Of a stretch of 64,000 nucleotides of DNA, positions 1 to 19,165 are shown piece after piece. Below the pieces are notes generated by a model, which was not told the DNA's origin, did no database searches, and was given only the letters and a program-made list of their open reading frames with translations. A program made the translations under genes and the position numbers. Source of the stretch: Macrostomum lignano (Eukaryota); contig NIVC01002069.1 of NCBI GenBank assembly GCA_002269645.1, positions 124,001-188,000 on the forward strand, given 5' to 3'. The number at the start of each line of letters is the position of its first letter. Within the stretch, counting starts at the first letter, position 1.

Positions 1-1742
1 TCTGGATGGTTAACCACTGGCTTGCACAGCTCTGGATGGTTAACCACTGGCTGTTAAAGCTCTGGATGGTTAACCACTGGCTGTTAAAGCTCTGGATGGT
101 TAACCACTGGCTTGCACAGCTCTGGATGGTTAACCACTGGCTGTTAAAGCTCTGGATGGTTAACCACTGGCTTGTACAGCTCTGGATGGTTAACCACTGG
201 CTGTTAAAGCTCTGGATAGTTAACCACTGGCTTGTACAGCTCTGGATAGTTAACCACTGGCTTGTACAGCTCTGGATGGTTAACCACTGGCTGTTAAAGC
301 TCTGGATGGTTAACCACTGGCTTGCACAGCTCTGGATGGTTAACCACTGGCTTGCACAGCTCTGGATGGTTAACCACTGGCTTGCACAGATCTGGATGGT
401 CAACCACTGGCTTGCACAGCTCTGGATGGTTAACCACTGGCTTGCACAGCTCTGGATGGTTAACCACTGGCTGTTAAAGCTCTGGATGGTTAACCACTGG
501 CTTGTACAGCTCTGGATGGTTAACCACTGGCTGTTAAAGCTCTGGATGGTTAACCACTGGCTTGCACAGCTCTGGATGGTTAACCACTGGCTTGCACAGC
601 TCTGGATGGTCAACCACTGGCTTGCACAGCTCTGGATGGTTAACCACTGGCTGTTAAAGCTCTGGATGGTCAACCACTGGCTTGCACAGCTCTGGATGGT
701 TAACCACTGGCTGTTAAAGCTCTGGATGGTTAACCACTGGCTTGTACAGCTCTGGATGGTTAACCACTGGCTGTTAAAGCTCTGGATGGTTAACCACTGG
801 CTGTTAAAGCTCTGGATGGTTAACCACTGGCTGTTAAAGCTCTGGATGGTTAACCACTGGCTGTTAAAGCTCTGGATGGTTAACCACTGGCTTGCACAGC
901 TCTGGATGGTTAACCACTGGCTGTTAAAGCTCTGGATGGTTAACCACTGGCTTGTACAGCTCTGGATGGTTAACCACTGGCTGTTAAAGCTCTGGATGGT
1001 TAACCACTGGCTTGCACAGCTCTGGATGGTTAACCACTGGCTTGCACAGCTCTGGATGGTCAACCACTGGCTTGCACAGCTCTGGATGGTTAACCACTGG
1101 CTGTTAAAGCTCTGGATGGTCAACCACTGGCTTGCACAGCTCTGGATGGTTAACCACTGGCTGTTAAAGCTCTGGATGGTTAACCACTGGCTTGTACAGC
1201 TCTGGATGGTTAACCACTGGCTGTTAAAGCTCTGGATGGTTAACCACTGGCTGTTAAAGCTCTGGATGGTTAACCACTGGCTGTTAAAGCTCTGGATGGT
1301 TAACCACTGGCTGTTAAAGCTCTGGATGGTTAACCACTGGCTTGCACAGCTCTGGATGGTTAACCACTGGCTGTTAAAGCTCTGGATGGTTAACCACTGG
1401 CTTGTACAGCTCTGGATGGTTAACCACTGGCTGTTAAAGCTCTGGATGGTTAACCACTGGCTGTTAAAGCTCTGGATGGTTAACCACTGGCTGTTAAAGC
1501 TCTGGATGGTTAACCACTGGCTGTTAAAGCTCTGGATGGTTAACCACTGGCTGTTAAAGCTCTGGATGGTTAACCACTGGCTTGTACAACTCTGGATGGT
1601 TAACCACTGGCTTGTACAGCTCTGGATGGTTAACCACTGGCTGTTAAAGCTTTGGATGGTTAACCACTGGCTTGCACAGCTCTGGATAGTTAACCACTGG
1701 CTTGTACAGCTCTGGATGGTTAACCACTGGCTGTTAAAGCTC
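1..1742. repeat. 30-bp tandem minisatellite (about 58 copies, runs off the window start)
   Basis: Unit TCTGGATGGTTAACCACTGG plus one of three tails (CTGTTAAAGC / CTTGCACAGC / CTTGTACAGC). The 611-aa ORF 6-1841 is just the 10-aa translation of this unit. Confidence 0.97.
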
Positions 1743-1890
1743 TATAGTGATAACTGTTTTTGTCCATCATTTCGACTGACAGACGTTTATTGGCAAAACC
1801 TTGAGCAATTTCGAATCTTACTATCGCATATTGCAGTCTAAAATCCTTATTTCCATTCGACTTCTACGTCAATTCCCACAGCGCAAGAAG

Positions 1891-7257
<5,367 letters not shown>

Positions 7258-8388
7258 GCTATTGACACTGGCTGTTTATAAAAAAAACTATTAAATTTCA
7301 TATTGCTGATTTGACTCAACTCGAATACTCTAAGATAATGTTGTACTTGATCACAAGGTAATTGGTCAACTCAATCACTTCTTATCTGTTTAACCGCGTC
7401 AATGTGTCAAATAAAGTTCAGCTGTGAAATATCCAAGGACTACTCCAAGTAGAAGGACTGGGAAACTGAGGTTTTAACGAAGAAATATAATTTGGAGAAC
7501 GAAGGTTGTATTTTTCAGCGCAAAAATTGTTCATCTTTTGATATGTCTTGCCTTTCTGCCTATCTGTCTGTTGATATTCATAAAGCTTCTCGTTTAGGAA
7601 ATTAGGATTTTACATGTACATTAATTTTATATCCTATGTACAGGTCCTGTGCCAAAAAGGTCATAAAAGTTGACTCATTGATTTTATGAACCTATCTAAC
7701 AAAATCTAACAGCTAGAATAGCCCGCGCTAATTTTTAGTTCCAGGTTCGAAATTAAGCCTAGGAATTATTGAGCACAAACCTCCAATCAAGCGGCACTGG
7801 GCTACAATTAGTGAAGAAATGCCACTTTGAAAAGAGGTATTATATTCCCATCGACTGTGGCCTCAAAGAGAAGACTCACTCACCTGGGCCACCTGCAATT
7901 TAATGTCCTGAATCTAGCATTCGAATTTTTCTGCTAATTTCCCAAATCAAAGTGTCCATGCAGCTTTGCAAGTCATACATGTAATTATGAGTCTCTATCT
8001 CAAAGTAAAACGTCTGCAAGACTTAGGCTCTTCCTTTCCTCACAGTAATTTCTACCGGTAATTGCCGGCCTGCACATTCTGCTTGATATCTTGTCGATGA
8101 TAATAAAACCCGGAAAAAAGTAGACATTCCCCCCCCCTGACTTCGGGATTCTGAGTGCGTGTTATTAATTTGGATTCGGCCAGCTCAGCACTTGACCTAG
8201 AACTGGCGCTTGACTGCTGAGGACCCCCAGCTGTTCCCGAGATCGCATCGGACAGAGTGCAGCAGTGTGTGACAAATTTCTTCGAGGGTAAGGGCGGCTA
8301 GCTGCTCATCCGGGATTTCATGCCTCTCACCTCTAGCCTTGCGTGGGCTGGGTGTGATTAAGGCTGGTACGGTTCCTGCACTGATGAA

Positions 8389-8443
8389 GACAGACAGATA
8401 GGCAGACAGACAGACAAACAGACAGACAGACAAACAGACAGGC

Positions 8444-8493
<50 letters not shown>

Positions 8494-8522
8494 GCAGACA
8501 GACACACGGACACACAGACAGC

Positions 8523-8553
<31 letters not shown>

Positions 8554-8585
8554 GCAGACAGACAGACAGACAGACACACGGACAC

Positions 8586-8624
<39 letters not shown>

Positions 8625-8643
8625 CACGGACACACAGACAGAC
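8389..8643. repeat. (GACA)n microsatellite
   Basis: Direct tetranucleotide run. Confidence 0.95.
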
Positions 8644-8836
8644 AAATAATACATGCAGCCATGTCCACCCAAGCGAGACAGTGGAGTAAAGACTCAGCCA
8701 GGGCAGATAAAGCAGAATGCATGATAATAAATAATGATTTGTTGCATTTGCAACTCCCCAGAGAAGTCAGGCAGCTTGTTTTGCGCAAAATCAAGCCAAT
8801 TTGAACATCACGCTGCATTTGTGCCGGTGTTATGTT

Positions 8837-9126
8837 TTAGGATCTCCGGGGGTCCGGTCAGTTTCGGGTGTCCGGGGCGGAGACCCTAAACGGTTTAGGA
8901 TCTCCGCCCGGAGACCCTAAACCGTTTAGGATCTCCCCTGGAGACTTCTAACGGTTATGGGTCTCCGGGGTAGGAGATCTGAAACCGTTTAAGGGTCTCC
9001 GGGGCATTTTCAGGTCTCCGCACCCGGAGATCTTAAACCAGTTTCTGATCTCCCCCAGGAGACTCTAAACCAGTTTCAGCTCTCCGTCAGGGCCGCAAAA
9101 ACAAAGTCCTGGTTTAGGATCTCCGG
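8837..9126. repeat. Array of short palindromic units (GGAGAYCnTAAACnGTTTAGGATCTCC-like)
   Basis: About 5-6 self-complementary units of roughly 28 bp separated by short GC linkers. Confidence 0.7.
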
Positions 9127-9308
9127 TTTCCGATCTCCCCCCCCATTTGTGTAAAACCAATGGTCATGGTATTGAACGCGTACATGTATAAGAAGTGGAA
9201 AGGCATTTTTATCATCAACGTAGCATTAGTTTTATATGTATTTGCTCGCACAACTGTGTATTTAAATGGAAAACTGTTTACTGTTAAAGTAATGAAGTAA
9301 ATGTCCGC

Positions 9309-10064
9309 TTAGTGAAAAACCGGTGATGCACTTTCAGCCGGTGCTTGGAGGAAGCATTTCTTGAGGTGTTTCCCATTGACACACCTGGTTAGTCCTCCTA
9401 GCCTGTACACGTTTTGACCAAGACACCTGGTCACGATGTAGACTTGCTGACTCCAAGTGTATCGCATCTTACCACCCTTCCGATCGTCCCTGCGAAGATT
9501 GCGAAGCCTAACTCTGTCCCCTCGCTTCAGATCCTGAACCCCAGCTGCTCCCACGGTGTGACGCTTTCGCATCATTTCCTGGGCCTGCTTGATCCTGCTG
9601 GAGATTAGCTTTCGCACTGCCGCTCGCTTCTTGTCTTTGACTGCAACAGAACGCCTATTGATTGCAGTGGGCTCAGGAACATCAGTTAGCGTTGCGGCAT
9701 GCTCGCCAAGCAAAGGCTCAAAGCCAAAGGCGGCTCTGCAAAATGGCATGGCGCCTGCTTATATTCTACGGCATAAACTTGCTGTTGACACCCACGTGAC
9801 TTCCTTGCGAGTGAAGGCTGCGGATCTTATCCCGTACCTCTTCCTCTGTGAAAAGTACTCTGCGATGGTCTTCAGGCCGCATTCGCTGACTGTCGTCCTT
9901 ATTAGTCACCCTGTAGTAAAGCGCTCCGTCATGGATGGAGAAACGCTTGCTCTTTTCTCTAATACGTCTTTTTAAGTTGCCTTATCTTTGGCGTCCAATC
10001 TGGCTGGTACCTGCGTATATTCATTGTTTAGGACGTAGAAAAATATTTGATTGAGCGAAGCCAT
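9309..10064 (-). mobile_element. Internally deleted Ginger/Gypsy-integrase-related transposase remnant
   Basis: N-terminal part from ATG 10064: MASLNQIFFYVLNNEY..(frameshift)NLKRRIREKSKRFSIHDGALYY..RVLFTEEEVRDKIRSLHSQGSHVGVNS. It joins directly to an integrase C-terminal module (AFGFEP..IKQAQEMM..GDRVRLRN..KGGKMRYTW..VYIV). The DDE core is absent. Confidence 0.6.
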
Positions 10065-10107
10065 CAAGCTTTGAAATGCAGAAATCGACGAAAATCACAC
10101 AGCACAA

Positions 10108-10380
10108 GGAAAAGTCACGGGAAGGATAAGTCACTGGAAGGAAAAGTCACGGGAAGGATAAGTCACTGGAAGGAAAAGTCACGGGAAGGATAAGTCACTG
10201 GAAGGAAAAGTCACGGGAAGGATAAGTCACTGGAAGGAAAAGTCACAGGAAGTAAAAGTCACGGGAAGTAAAAGGAAAAGTCACAGGAAGGAAAAAGTCT
10301 CAAAGAACGACAAGTCACGGAATGGGAAGTCTCAGGAAAGGACAAGTCACGGGAAGAGAAAAGTCTCTGGGAAGAAAATG
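10108..10380. repeat. 32-bp tandem repeat upstream of the Ginger-like ORF
   Basis: Unit GAAAAGTCACGGGAAGGATAAGTCACTGGAAG, which decays distally and is followed by ...GGGTGGCGGACA at 10394, a possible TGT-type terminus. Confidence 0.85.
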
Positions 10381-10566
10381 ACGGGTGGCGGACAAAACTG
10401 TTAAAGAAACAAATCCTTTGCAAAGCAAGTGTAGGTCATGCTTGAGTACCCTTGAAAACCCTCAGACCAATGAGCAGCGACTAAACGAATCCAATCGCCT
10501 TATAAATATCAAACATGCGACACCGAATAATGCCGAAAAAACAAACTCAGAAAGGAAAACAAGGTT

Positions 10567-11746
<1,180 letters not shown>

Positions 11747-13342
11747 GTGCTAGCACAGTTCTCCTACCGGCTGAGCATGCTTAAGAGAGCCAAGCTAGTA
11801 TTAGCATATAGCTGAGCAATTTCTGAATTCAGACTCAGAGAAACTTTAGTATAGCATCGATAACACGCCGGTTCAGAGCAGCTGTTCCGGTTATTAGGAA
11901 TCATAATCAAATTTCTATATCTGGTTGAAGACTTGAGTAGAAGAAAATATGGAGGCCCCCCGACTATCAGTTTTCACTAGCTGATTGTGCCAGCATTTTC
12001 GCGCTGTCTGACAGCTCATTCGCGTGACCTGAAAAGGAAGGATAATCTTGCAGAAGTAGCTCGTAGATTCTGCATATTAATTGCGTGCATAGAAAGTTTG
12101 TTACTTTAATTTATGAAATATAAGCTATCTTGACGAAAACCAAGTGTCCCTAAGCCTAAGGGACGCTTCAATTTCTTCATTTTTATAGTTAATTTTATAA
12201 CAACTTTCTTCTCTTCAGAATTCGATTGGCCCAGTGGGAAGCAACCGACAAGTGTGAAGGATCTGTTTTAAGGCCATAGATTTAATTCAATGTGAAACAT
12301 AGAAAGACGTGTGAAAGATGCGCGGATCTTTCACAGATCAATGTGAAAGATAAAGTGAAAGATAAAATTGAATGTAAAAGATAGAAATTTAATGTGAAAA
12401 AATATTATATAAAATATGTGTGTATCCTGCTGCACTTTAATTAAGCGACATTGTCACACAACCGGCGAGAGGCATCACTGCCCATTCCGCAGATTTCCCT
12501 GAGCAGGCCGCACACAAGCGCGCGGATGTACACTGCAGTATGCTGCGTACTGAATATAGTCTATACCTGTTGTCTCATGTTTTATCAACAAGAAATCTGT
12601 CTGTTTTTAGTTTGTACTGTTATCAGACCAGAAGGCGGTCGACCTCGTGTAAGAAATTATTTTAAGAAAGAGGAATGATTTCTTTGTTGTTACCGACCAC
12701 TTAATTAACTTTTTCTTTTCGTCCTCACCTTCAGTTAATTACAATAGCAACAGCAAAAATCCAACATCTCAAAATGTCTGTAATCGTGAAATTATTGCAA
12801 TTTAACCCTTGCACACAAGTTTGTAACCAAACCATGTATAATGTATACCAGTACAGCAAATTGATTACATTATTAATTACTTATTACATTATCTTGTGAG
12901 ACATTCAGTCATTTTAATGGTCTCTCTAATTAGACGATAAGTTTAATTGTACTTTTTTCAACTCGAAATATACTATTAAACATTTTGAAGAATCGTTCAG
13001 AAGGACTCGTATTAAAGGCGAAACCAATGCTATATTTTCCCTGCAGTCTATGTACTTTATTGTCAAAGGACACGATTGCCTTGAATAGGATTACTTTTAC
13101 TTGCTCCGTAATCCATCATACAGGAAACAAATTTATCAATTGCAGTTACGAGCATAAAAGTAACGGTGCAAAAAGCTAATCTACTTTTGTTAAGGCGATT
13201 ATATAAATAAATGGCTTACTCTGCGACCGCAACTCCCGTGCAATTTACCTGTAGTGCTAGGCCACTTTATACGAGTCGTAATTTGATACCTAGTACGCTG
13301 ATAACTCCTAGTTAGCTTTGTACATTAATACCCAAAGAGGAC

Positions 13343-13420
13343 ATAACCCAATGGTCTAGTGGGGCGCTCTGATGTGCCAGCGGCCCAGGCTCGATTCCCA
13401 GTGCAGTCACATTAATCCTA
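13343..13420 (+). mobile_element. tRNA-like head of SINE family 2, split from its body by the Helitron insertion
   Basis: A-box-like TGGTCTAGTGG and B-box-like GGCTCGATTCC. Joining 13420 to 19166 restores ...CCTA|TTTGGGGCT..., comparable to the intact copy at 20130-20400 (-), which reads CTAATTTGGGGCT. Confidence 0.6.
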
Positions 13421-15975
13421 TCCTATATACTAAAAATGAGTTGTCTGTATGTATCTATCTAGCTATGCGATAGATTTCAGAAAAAATGGCTCAACCGATT
13501 TTCTTCAAACTTGCACCATTCGATCAGAAATTTTCCTGGGACGGTACATGCATCTTGGCTAAGAAATTGCTCAGTATTAAAGGGATTAAATATTCGAAAA
13601 ACAAGCTTTTTGAAAAGGTCAAGCAAACTTTTCGACTTGAAATGCATTGTAAGAATGCTAGATAAAAACCTGACTGACTGAATTTCAATTCTGATAAAGA
13701 TTGCATCACAACAAGTTGAAAACAGTGCCGAAGAAATGCACACACAACTTGATTGAAATTGCGTAACCATATTGCTAACTTAAATTGAGACTGATACTGG
13801 CTGACTGAGAAATTGATTATGTCATAACTTTTTACTCTAACCGACTTGCTGTAAGAATTGAATTATAAGGGCCACAATTCATGTTCTCCAATTGACAAGA
13901 GATAGTCTAGATGCGAACAGACTGGACTGCTAATGCAGCGACCTGGGTTCGAATCATAGTAGTGCAAAAAGATTATTTTATTAAAACACCTTAAAAACAA
14001 AATGCTAAACACAAAAAAGCACAATTTCAAACATTAAAGAGCCACCATGTCGAACATATACGTGACTCCATGTCTAACATAAAAGAGCCACCATGTTTAA
14101 CATTAAAGAGCCACCATGTTGAACATTAAAGAGCCACCATGTCTAACATTAAAGAGCCATCATGTCGAACATTAGACCCACCATGTCGAACATTAAAGAG
14201 CAACCATGTCTAACATTATAGAGCCACCATTTCTAACATTAAAGAGCCACCATGTCGAACATTAAAGAGCCACCATGTCAAAGATTAAAGAGCCACCATG
14301 TCAAATATAAAAGAGCCACCATTTCAAACATTAAAGAGCCATCATTACATTAAGGTGCCACCAGGTCAAACATTAAAGAGCCACCATGTCTAACATTAAC
14401 GAGTCACCATGTCAAGTATATTCGTGACTCCATGTCAAACATAAAAGAGCCAACACGTCAAACATTAAAGAGCCACCATTTCTTACATTAAGGAGCCACC
14501 ATGTCGAACATTAAAGAGCCACCATGTCCAACATATATGTGACTTTATGTCAAACATTAAAGAGCCACCATGTCGAACATTATAGAGCCACCATGTCGAA
14601 CATTAAAGAGTTACCATGTCGAACATTATAGAGCCACCATGTCGAACAATAAAGAGCCATCATTACAGACATTAAGGTGCCACCAGGTCAAACATTAAAG
14701 AGCCACCATGTCTACCATTAACGAGTCACCATGTCAAGTATATTTGTGACTCCATGTCAAACATCCAAGAGCCATCATGCCAAACATTAAAGAGCCACCA
14801 TGTCGAAAATAAAAAAGCCACCATGTAGAACATTAAAGAGCCATCATGTCAAACATAAAAGAGCCACCCTGTCCAAAATTAAAGAGCCACCATGTCAAAC
14901 ATAAAAGGACCAACTTTTCAAACATTAAAGAGCCACCATGTCAAGCATAAAAGGACCAACATGTCGAACATTAAAGAGCCACCATGTCAAAAATTAAAGA
15001 GCCACCATGTCAAACATTAAAGAGCCACCATGTCAAATATTAAAGAGCCACCATTTCAAACATTAAAGAGCCATCATTACATTAAGGTGCCACCAGGCCA
15101 AACATTAAAGAGCCAGTATGTCTAACATTAACGAGTCACCATGTCAAGTATATTCGTGACTCCATGTCAAACATCAAAGAGCCATCATGTCAAACATAAA
15201 AGAGCCACCATGTCGAACATATATGTGGCTCCATGTCAAACAGTAAAGAGCCACCATGTCAAGCATAAAAGAGCCACCATGTCGAACATTAAAGAGCCAC
15301 CATGTCAAACATTAAAGAGCCACCATGTCAAACATTAAAGAGCCACCATGTCAAACACTCAAGAGCCACCATGCCAAACGTAAAAGAGCCACCATGTAGA
15401 ACATAAAAGAGCCACCATGTCAAACATTAAAGAGCCACCATGTCAAACATTAAAGAGCCACCATGTCAAACATTAAAGAGCCACCATGTCAAACATAAAA
15501 GATACACAATTTCAAAAGTAAAAGTAAGCGTCATGCCAATTTTAAAGGAGCCACTATAGAGCTAAGAAAATTGTTGCACTAGCTACTTATTGTCTGGTGG
15601 GTGCTTACTATTTGGGGATGCTTGCTATCTGGGGGATGCTTGCTATCTGGGAGGGGGGATGCTTGCTGTCTGGGGGTGCTTGCTATTTGAGGGATGCTTG
15701 CTATCGGGAGGATGCTTGCTATCTGGGGGATGCTTGCTATTTGGGGATGCTTGCTATTTGGGGGATGCTTGCTATCTGGGGATGCTTGCTATCTGGGGGA
15801 TGTTTGCTATCTGGGGGATGCTTGCTGTCTTGGGATGATTTCTTTTTGCATTGCACTTTATTTGAGCAGTTTGTCTGTTGTCTTTGTGAAGGCTTTATTT
15901 GGCTGTCTTTTTGTTACTTGTAGAGAACAGAGATTCTATCTAGATGTCCCCCAACGGGGGGGCGAAGATTGCTAG
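13421..15975 (+). mobile_element. Non-autonomous Helitron, unit 1 of a tandem dimer
   Basis: Begins TC (TCCTATATACTAAAAATGAG) after an A. Ends with hairpin TCCCCCAACGGGGGGGC then GAAGATTGCTAG. Contains a 23-bp satellite (about 14030-15500) and an 18-bp repeat (about 15595-15830). Confidence 0.88.
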
Positions 15976-18780
15976 TCCTATATACTAAAAATGAGTTGTC
16001 TGTGGGTAGGTAGGTATGCGATAGATTTCAGAAAAAATGGCTCAACCGATTTTCTTCAAACTTGCACCATTCGATCAGAAATTTTCCTGGGACGGTACAT
16101 GCATCTTGGCTAAGAAATTGCTCAGTATTAAAGGGATTAAATATTCGAAAAAACAAGCTTTTTGAAAAGGTCAAGCAAACTTTTCGACTTGAAATGCATT
16201 GTAAGAATGCTAGATAAAAACCTGACTGACTGAATTTCAATTCTGATAAAGATTGCATCACAACAAGTTGAAAACAGTGCCGAAGAAATGCACACACAAC
16301 TTGATTGAAATTGCGTAACCATATTGCTAACTTAAATTGAGACTGATACTGACTGACTGAGAAATTGATTATGTCATAACTTTTTACACTAACCGACTTG
16401 CTGTAAGTATTGAATTATAAGGGCTACAATTCATGTTCTCCAATTGATAAGAGATAGTCTAGATGCGAACAGACTGGACTGCTAATGTAGCGACCTGGGT
16501 TCGAATCTTAGTAGTGCAAAAAGATTATTTTATTAAAACACCTAAACAACACAAAATGCTAAACACAAAAAAGCACAATGTCAAACATTAAAGAGCCACC
16601 ATGTCGAACATATATGTGACTCCATGTCGAACATTAAAGAGCCACCATGTCGAACATATATGTGACTCCATGTTGAACATTAAAGAGCCATCATGTCTAA
16701 CATTAAAGAGCCACCATGTCAAACATTAAAGAGCCACCATGTCGAACACACAAGAGCCACCTTGTCAAACATAAAAGAGCCACCATATCGAACATAAAAG
16801 AGTTACCATGTCAAACATTAAAGAGCCACCATGTCAAACATTAAAGAGCCACAATTTCGAACATTAAAAAAGCCACCATGTAGAATATTAAAGAGCCACT
16901 ATGTCGAACATTAAAAAGCCACCATGTCAAACATTAAAGAGCCACCTTGTCAAATATTAGAGAGCCACCATTTCAAACCTAAAAGAGCCACCATGTCGAA
17001 CATACAAGAGCCACCATGTAGAACATAAAAGAGTCACCATGTCAAACATTAAAGAGCCACAATGTCAAACATTAAAGAGCCACCATGTCAAACATAAAAA
17101 GCCACCATGTCAAACATAAAAGAGCCACCATGAAAAACATTAAAGAGCCACCATGTCGAACATTAAAGAGCTAGCATGTAGAACATAAAGGAGTCACCAT
17201 GTCAAACATTAAAGAGCCACAATGTCAAACATTAAAGAGCCACCATGTCAAACATAAAAAGCCACCATGTCAAACATAAAAGAGCCACCATGAAGAACAT
17301 TAGAGAGCCACCATGTCGTACATTAAAGAGCCACCATGTCGAACATTAAAAAACCACCATGTCAAGCATAAAAGAGCCACCATGTCGAACATAAAAGAGC
17401 CACCATGTCGAAAATTAGAGCCACCATTTCAAACATTAAAGAGGCACAATGTCGAACATTAAAGAGCCACCATGTCGAACATATATGGGACTCCATGTCA
17501 AACAGTAAAGAGCCACCATGTCCAACATAAAAGAACCACCATGTCGAACATAAAAGAGCCACAATGTCAAACATAAAAGAGCCACCATGTCAAACATTAA
17601 AGAGCCACCATGTCAAACATTAAAGAGCCACCATGTCAAACATAAAAGAGCCACCATGTCGAACATTAAAGCGACACCATGCCAGACATAAAAAACCCGA
17701 ATCAAACATAAAAGAGCTACCATGTAGAACATAAAAGAGCCACGATGTCAACATAAAAGAGCCACCATGTCCAACATAAAAGAGCCACCATGTCAAACAT
17801 TAAAGAGCCACAATGTCAAACATTAAAGAGGCACCATGTAGAACATAAAAGAACCACCATGTCAAACATTAAATAGCCACCATGTCAAACATTAAAGCGC
17901 CACTATGTCAAACATTAAAGAGCCACCATGTCGAACATTAAAGAGTCACTATGTCAAACACTAAAGAGCCACCCTGTCAAACATAAAAGAGCCACCATGT
18001 AGAACATAAAAAGCCACCATGTCAAACATTAAAGAGCCACCATGTCAAACATAAAAGAGCCACCCTGTCGAACATAAAAGAGCCACCATGCTAAACGTAA
18101 AAGAGCCACCATATAGAACGTAAAAGAGCCACCATGTCAAACATTAAAGAGCCACCATGTCAAACATAAAAGATACACAATTTCAAACGTAAAAGTAAGC
18201 GTCAAGCCAATTTTAAAGGAGCCACTATAGAGCTAAGGAAATTGTTGCACTAGCTACTTATTGTCTAGTGGATGCTTACTATTTGGGGATGCTTGCTATC
18301 TGGGGGATGCTTGCTATCTGGGAGTGGGGATGCTTGCTATCTGGGGGATGCTTGCTATCTGGGGGATGCTTGCTATCTGGGGAAATATTAAAGAGCCACT
18401 ATGTCGAACATTAAAGAGCCACCATGTCGAACATAAAAGAGCCACCATGCCAAACATAAAAGAGCCCCCATGTCGAACATTAAAGAGCCAGCATGCCAAA
18501 CATAGAAGAGCCACCATGTCGAACATAAAAGAGCCACCATGCCAAACATAAAAGAGCCACCATGTCATACATAAAAGAGCCACCACGCCAAACATAAAAG
18601 AGCCACCATGTCGAACATTAAAGAGCCACCATGCCAAACATAAAAGAGCTACCCTGTCGAACATAAAAGAGCCACCATGCCAAACGTAAAAGAGCCACTA
18701 TGTAGAACATAAAATAGCCACAATGTCAAACATTAAAGAGCCACCATGTAGAACATAAAAGAGCCACCATGTGAAACATA
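14030..18780. repeat. 23-bp satellite arrays inside the Helitron units
   Basis: Unit AAACAT(T/A)AAAGAGCCACCATGTC in arrays at about 14030-15500, 16575-18170 and 18386-18780. Confidence 0.95.
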
Positions 18781-19165
18781 AAAGATACACAATTTAAAAC
18801 GTATAAGTAAGCGTCATGCCAATTTTAAAGGAGCCACTATAGAGCTAAGAAAATTGTTGCACTAGCTACTTATTGTCTGGTGGATGCTTACTATTTGGGG
18901 ATGCTTGCTATCTGGGGGATGCTTGCTATCTGGGGGATGCTTGCAATCTGGGGGATGCTTGCAATCTGGGGGATGCTTGCTATCTGGGGGATGCTTGCTA
19001 TCTGGGGGATGCTTGCTGTCTTGGGATGATTTCTTTTTGCATTGCACTTTATTTGAGCAGTTTGTCTGTTGTCTTTGTGAAGGCTTTATTTGGCTGTCTT
19101 TTTGTTACTTGTAGATAACAGAGATTCTATCCAGATGTCCCCCAACGGGGGGCGAAGATTGCTAG
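15976..19165 (+). mobile_element. Non-autonomous Helitron, unit 2 of the tandem dimer, with an internal duplication
   Basis: Starts TC immediately after the CTAG of unit 1 and repeats the first ~600 bp almost identically. Ends hairpin + CTAG followed by T (19166). The satellite/18-bp block is duplicated internally (blocks start near 18168 and 18779). Confidence 0.88.

Noticed and set aside
6-1841. 611-aa ORF (MVNHWLLKLW)n
   Set aside because: It is a translation of a 30-bp tandem repeat whose unit is a multiple of 3, with no non-repeat coding context.
8197-8820. Possible minus-strand exons flanking the (GACA)n run
   Set aside because: No recognisable domain and no consistent exon chain could be built.
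13905-13965. Functional tRNA gene call (also the SINE heads at 57264 and 60169)
   Set aside because: The cloverleaf is incomplete and the sequence is embedded in mobile elements, so it is treated as tRNA-derived rather than a tRNA gene.
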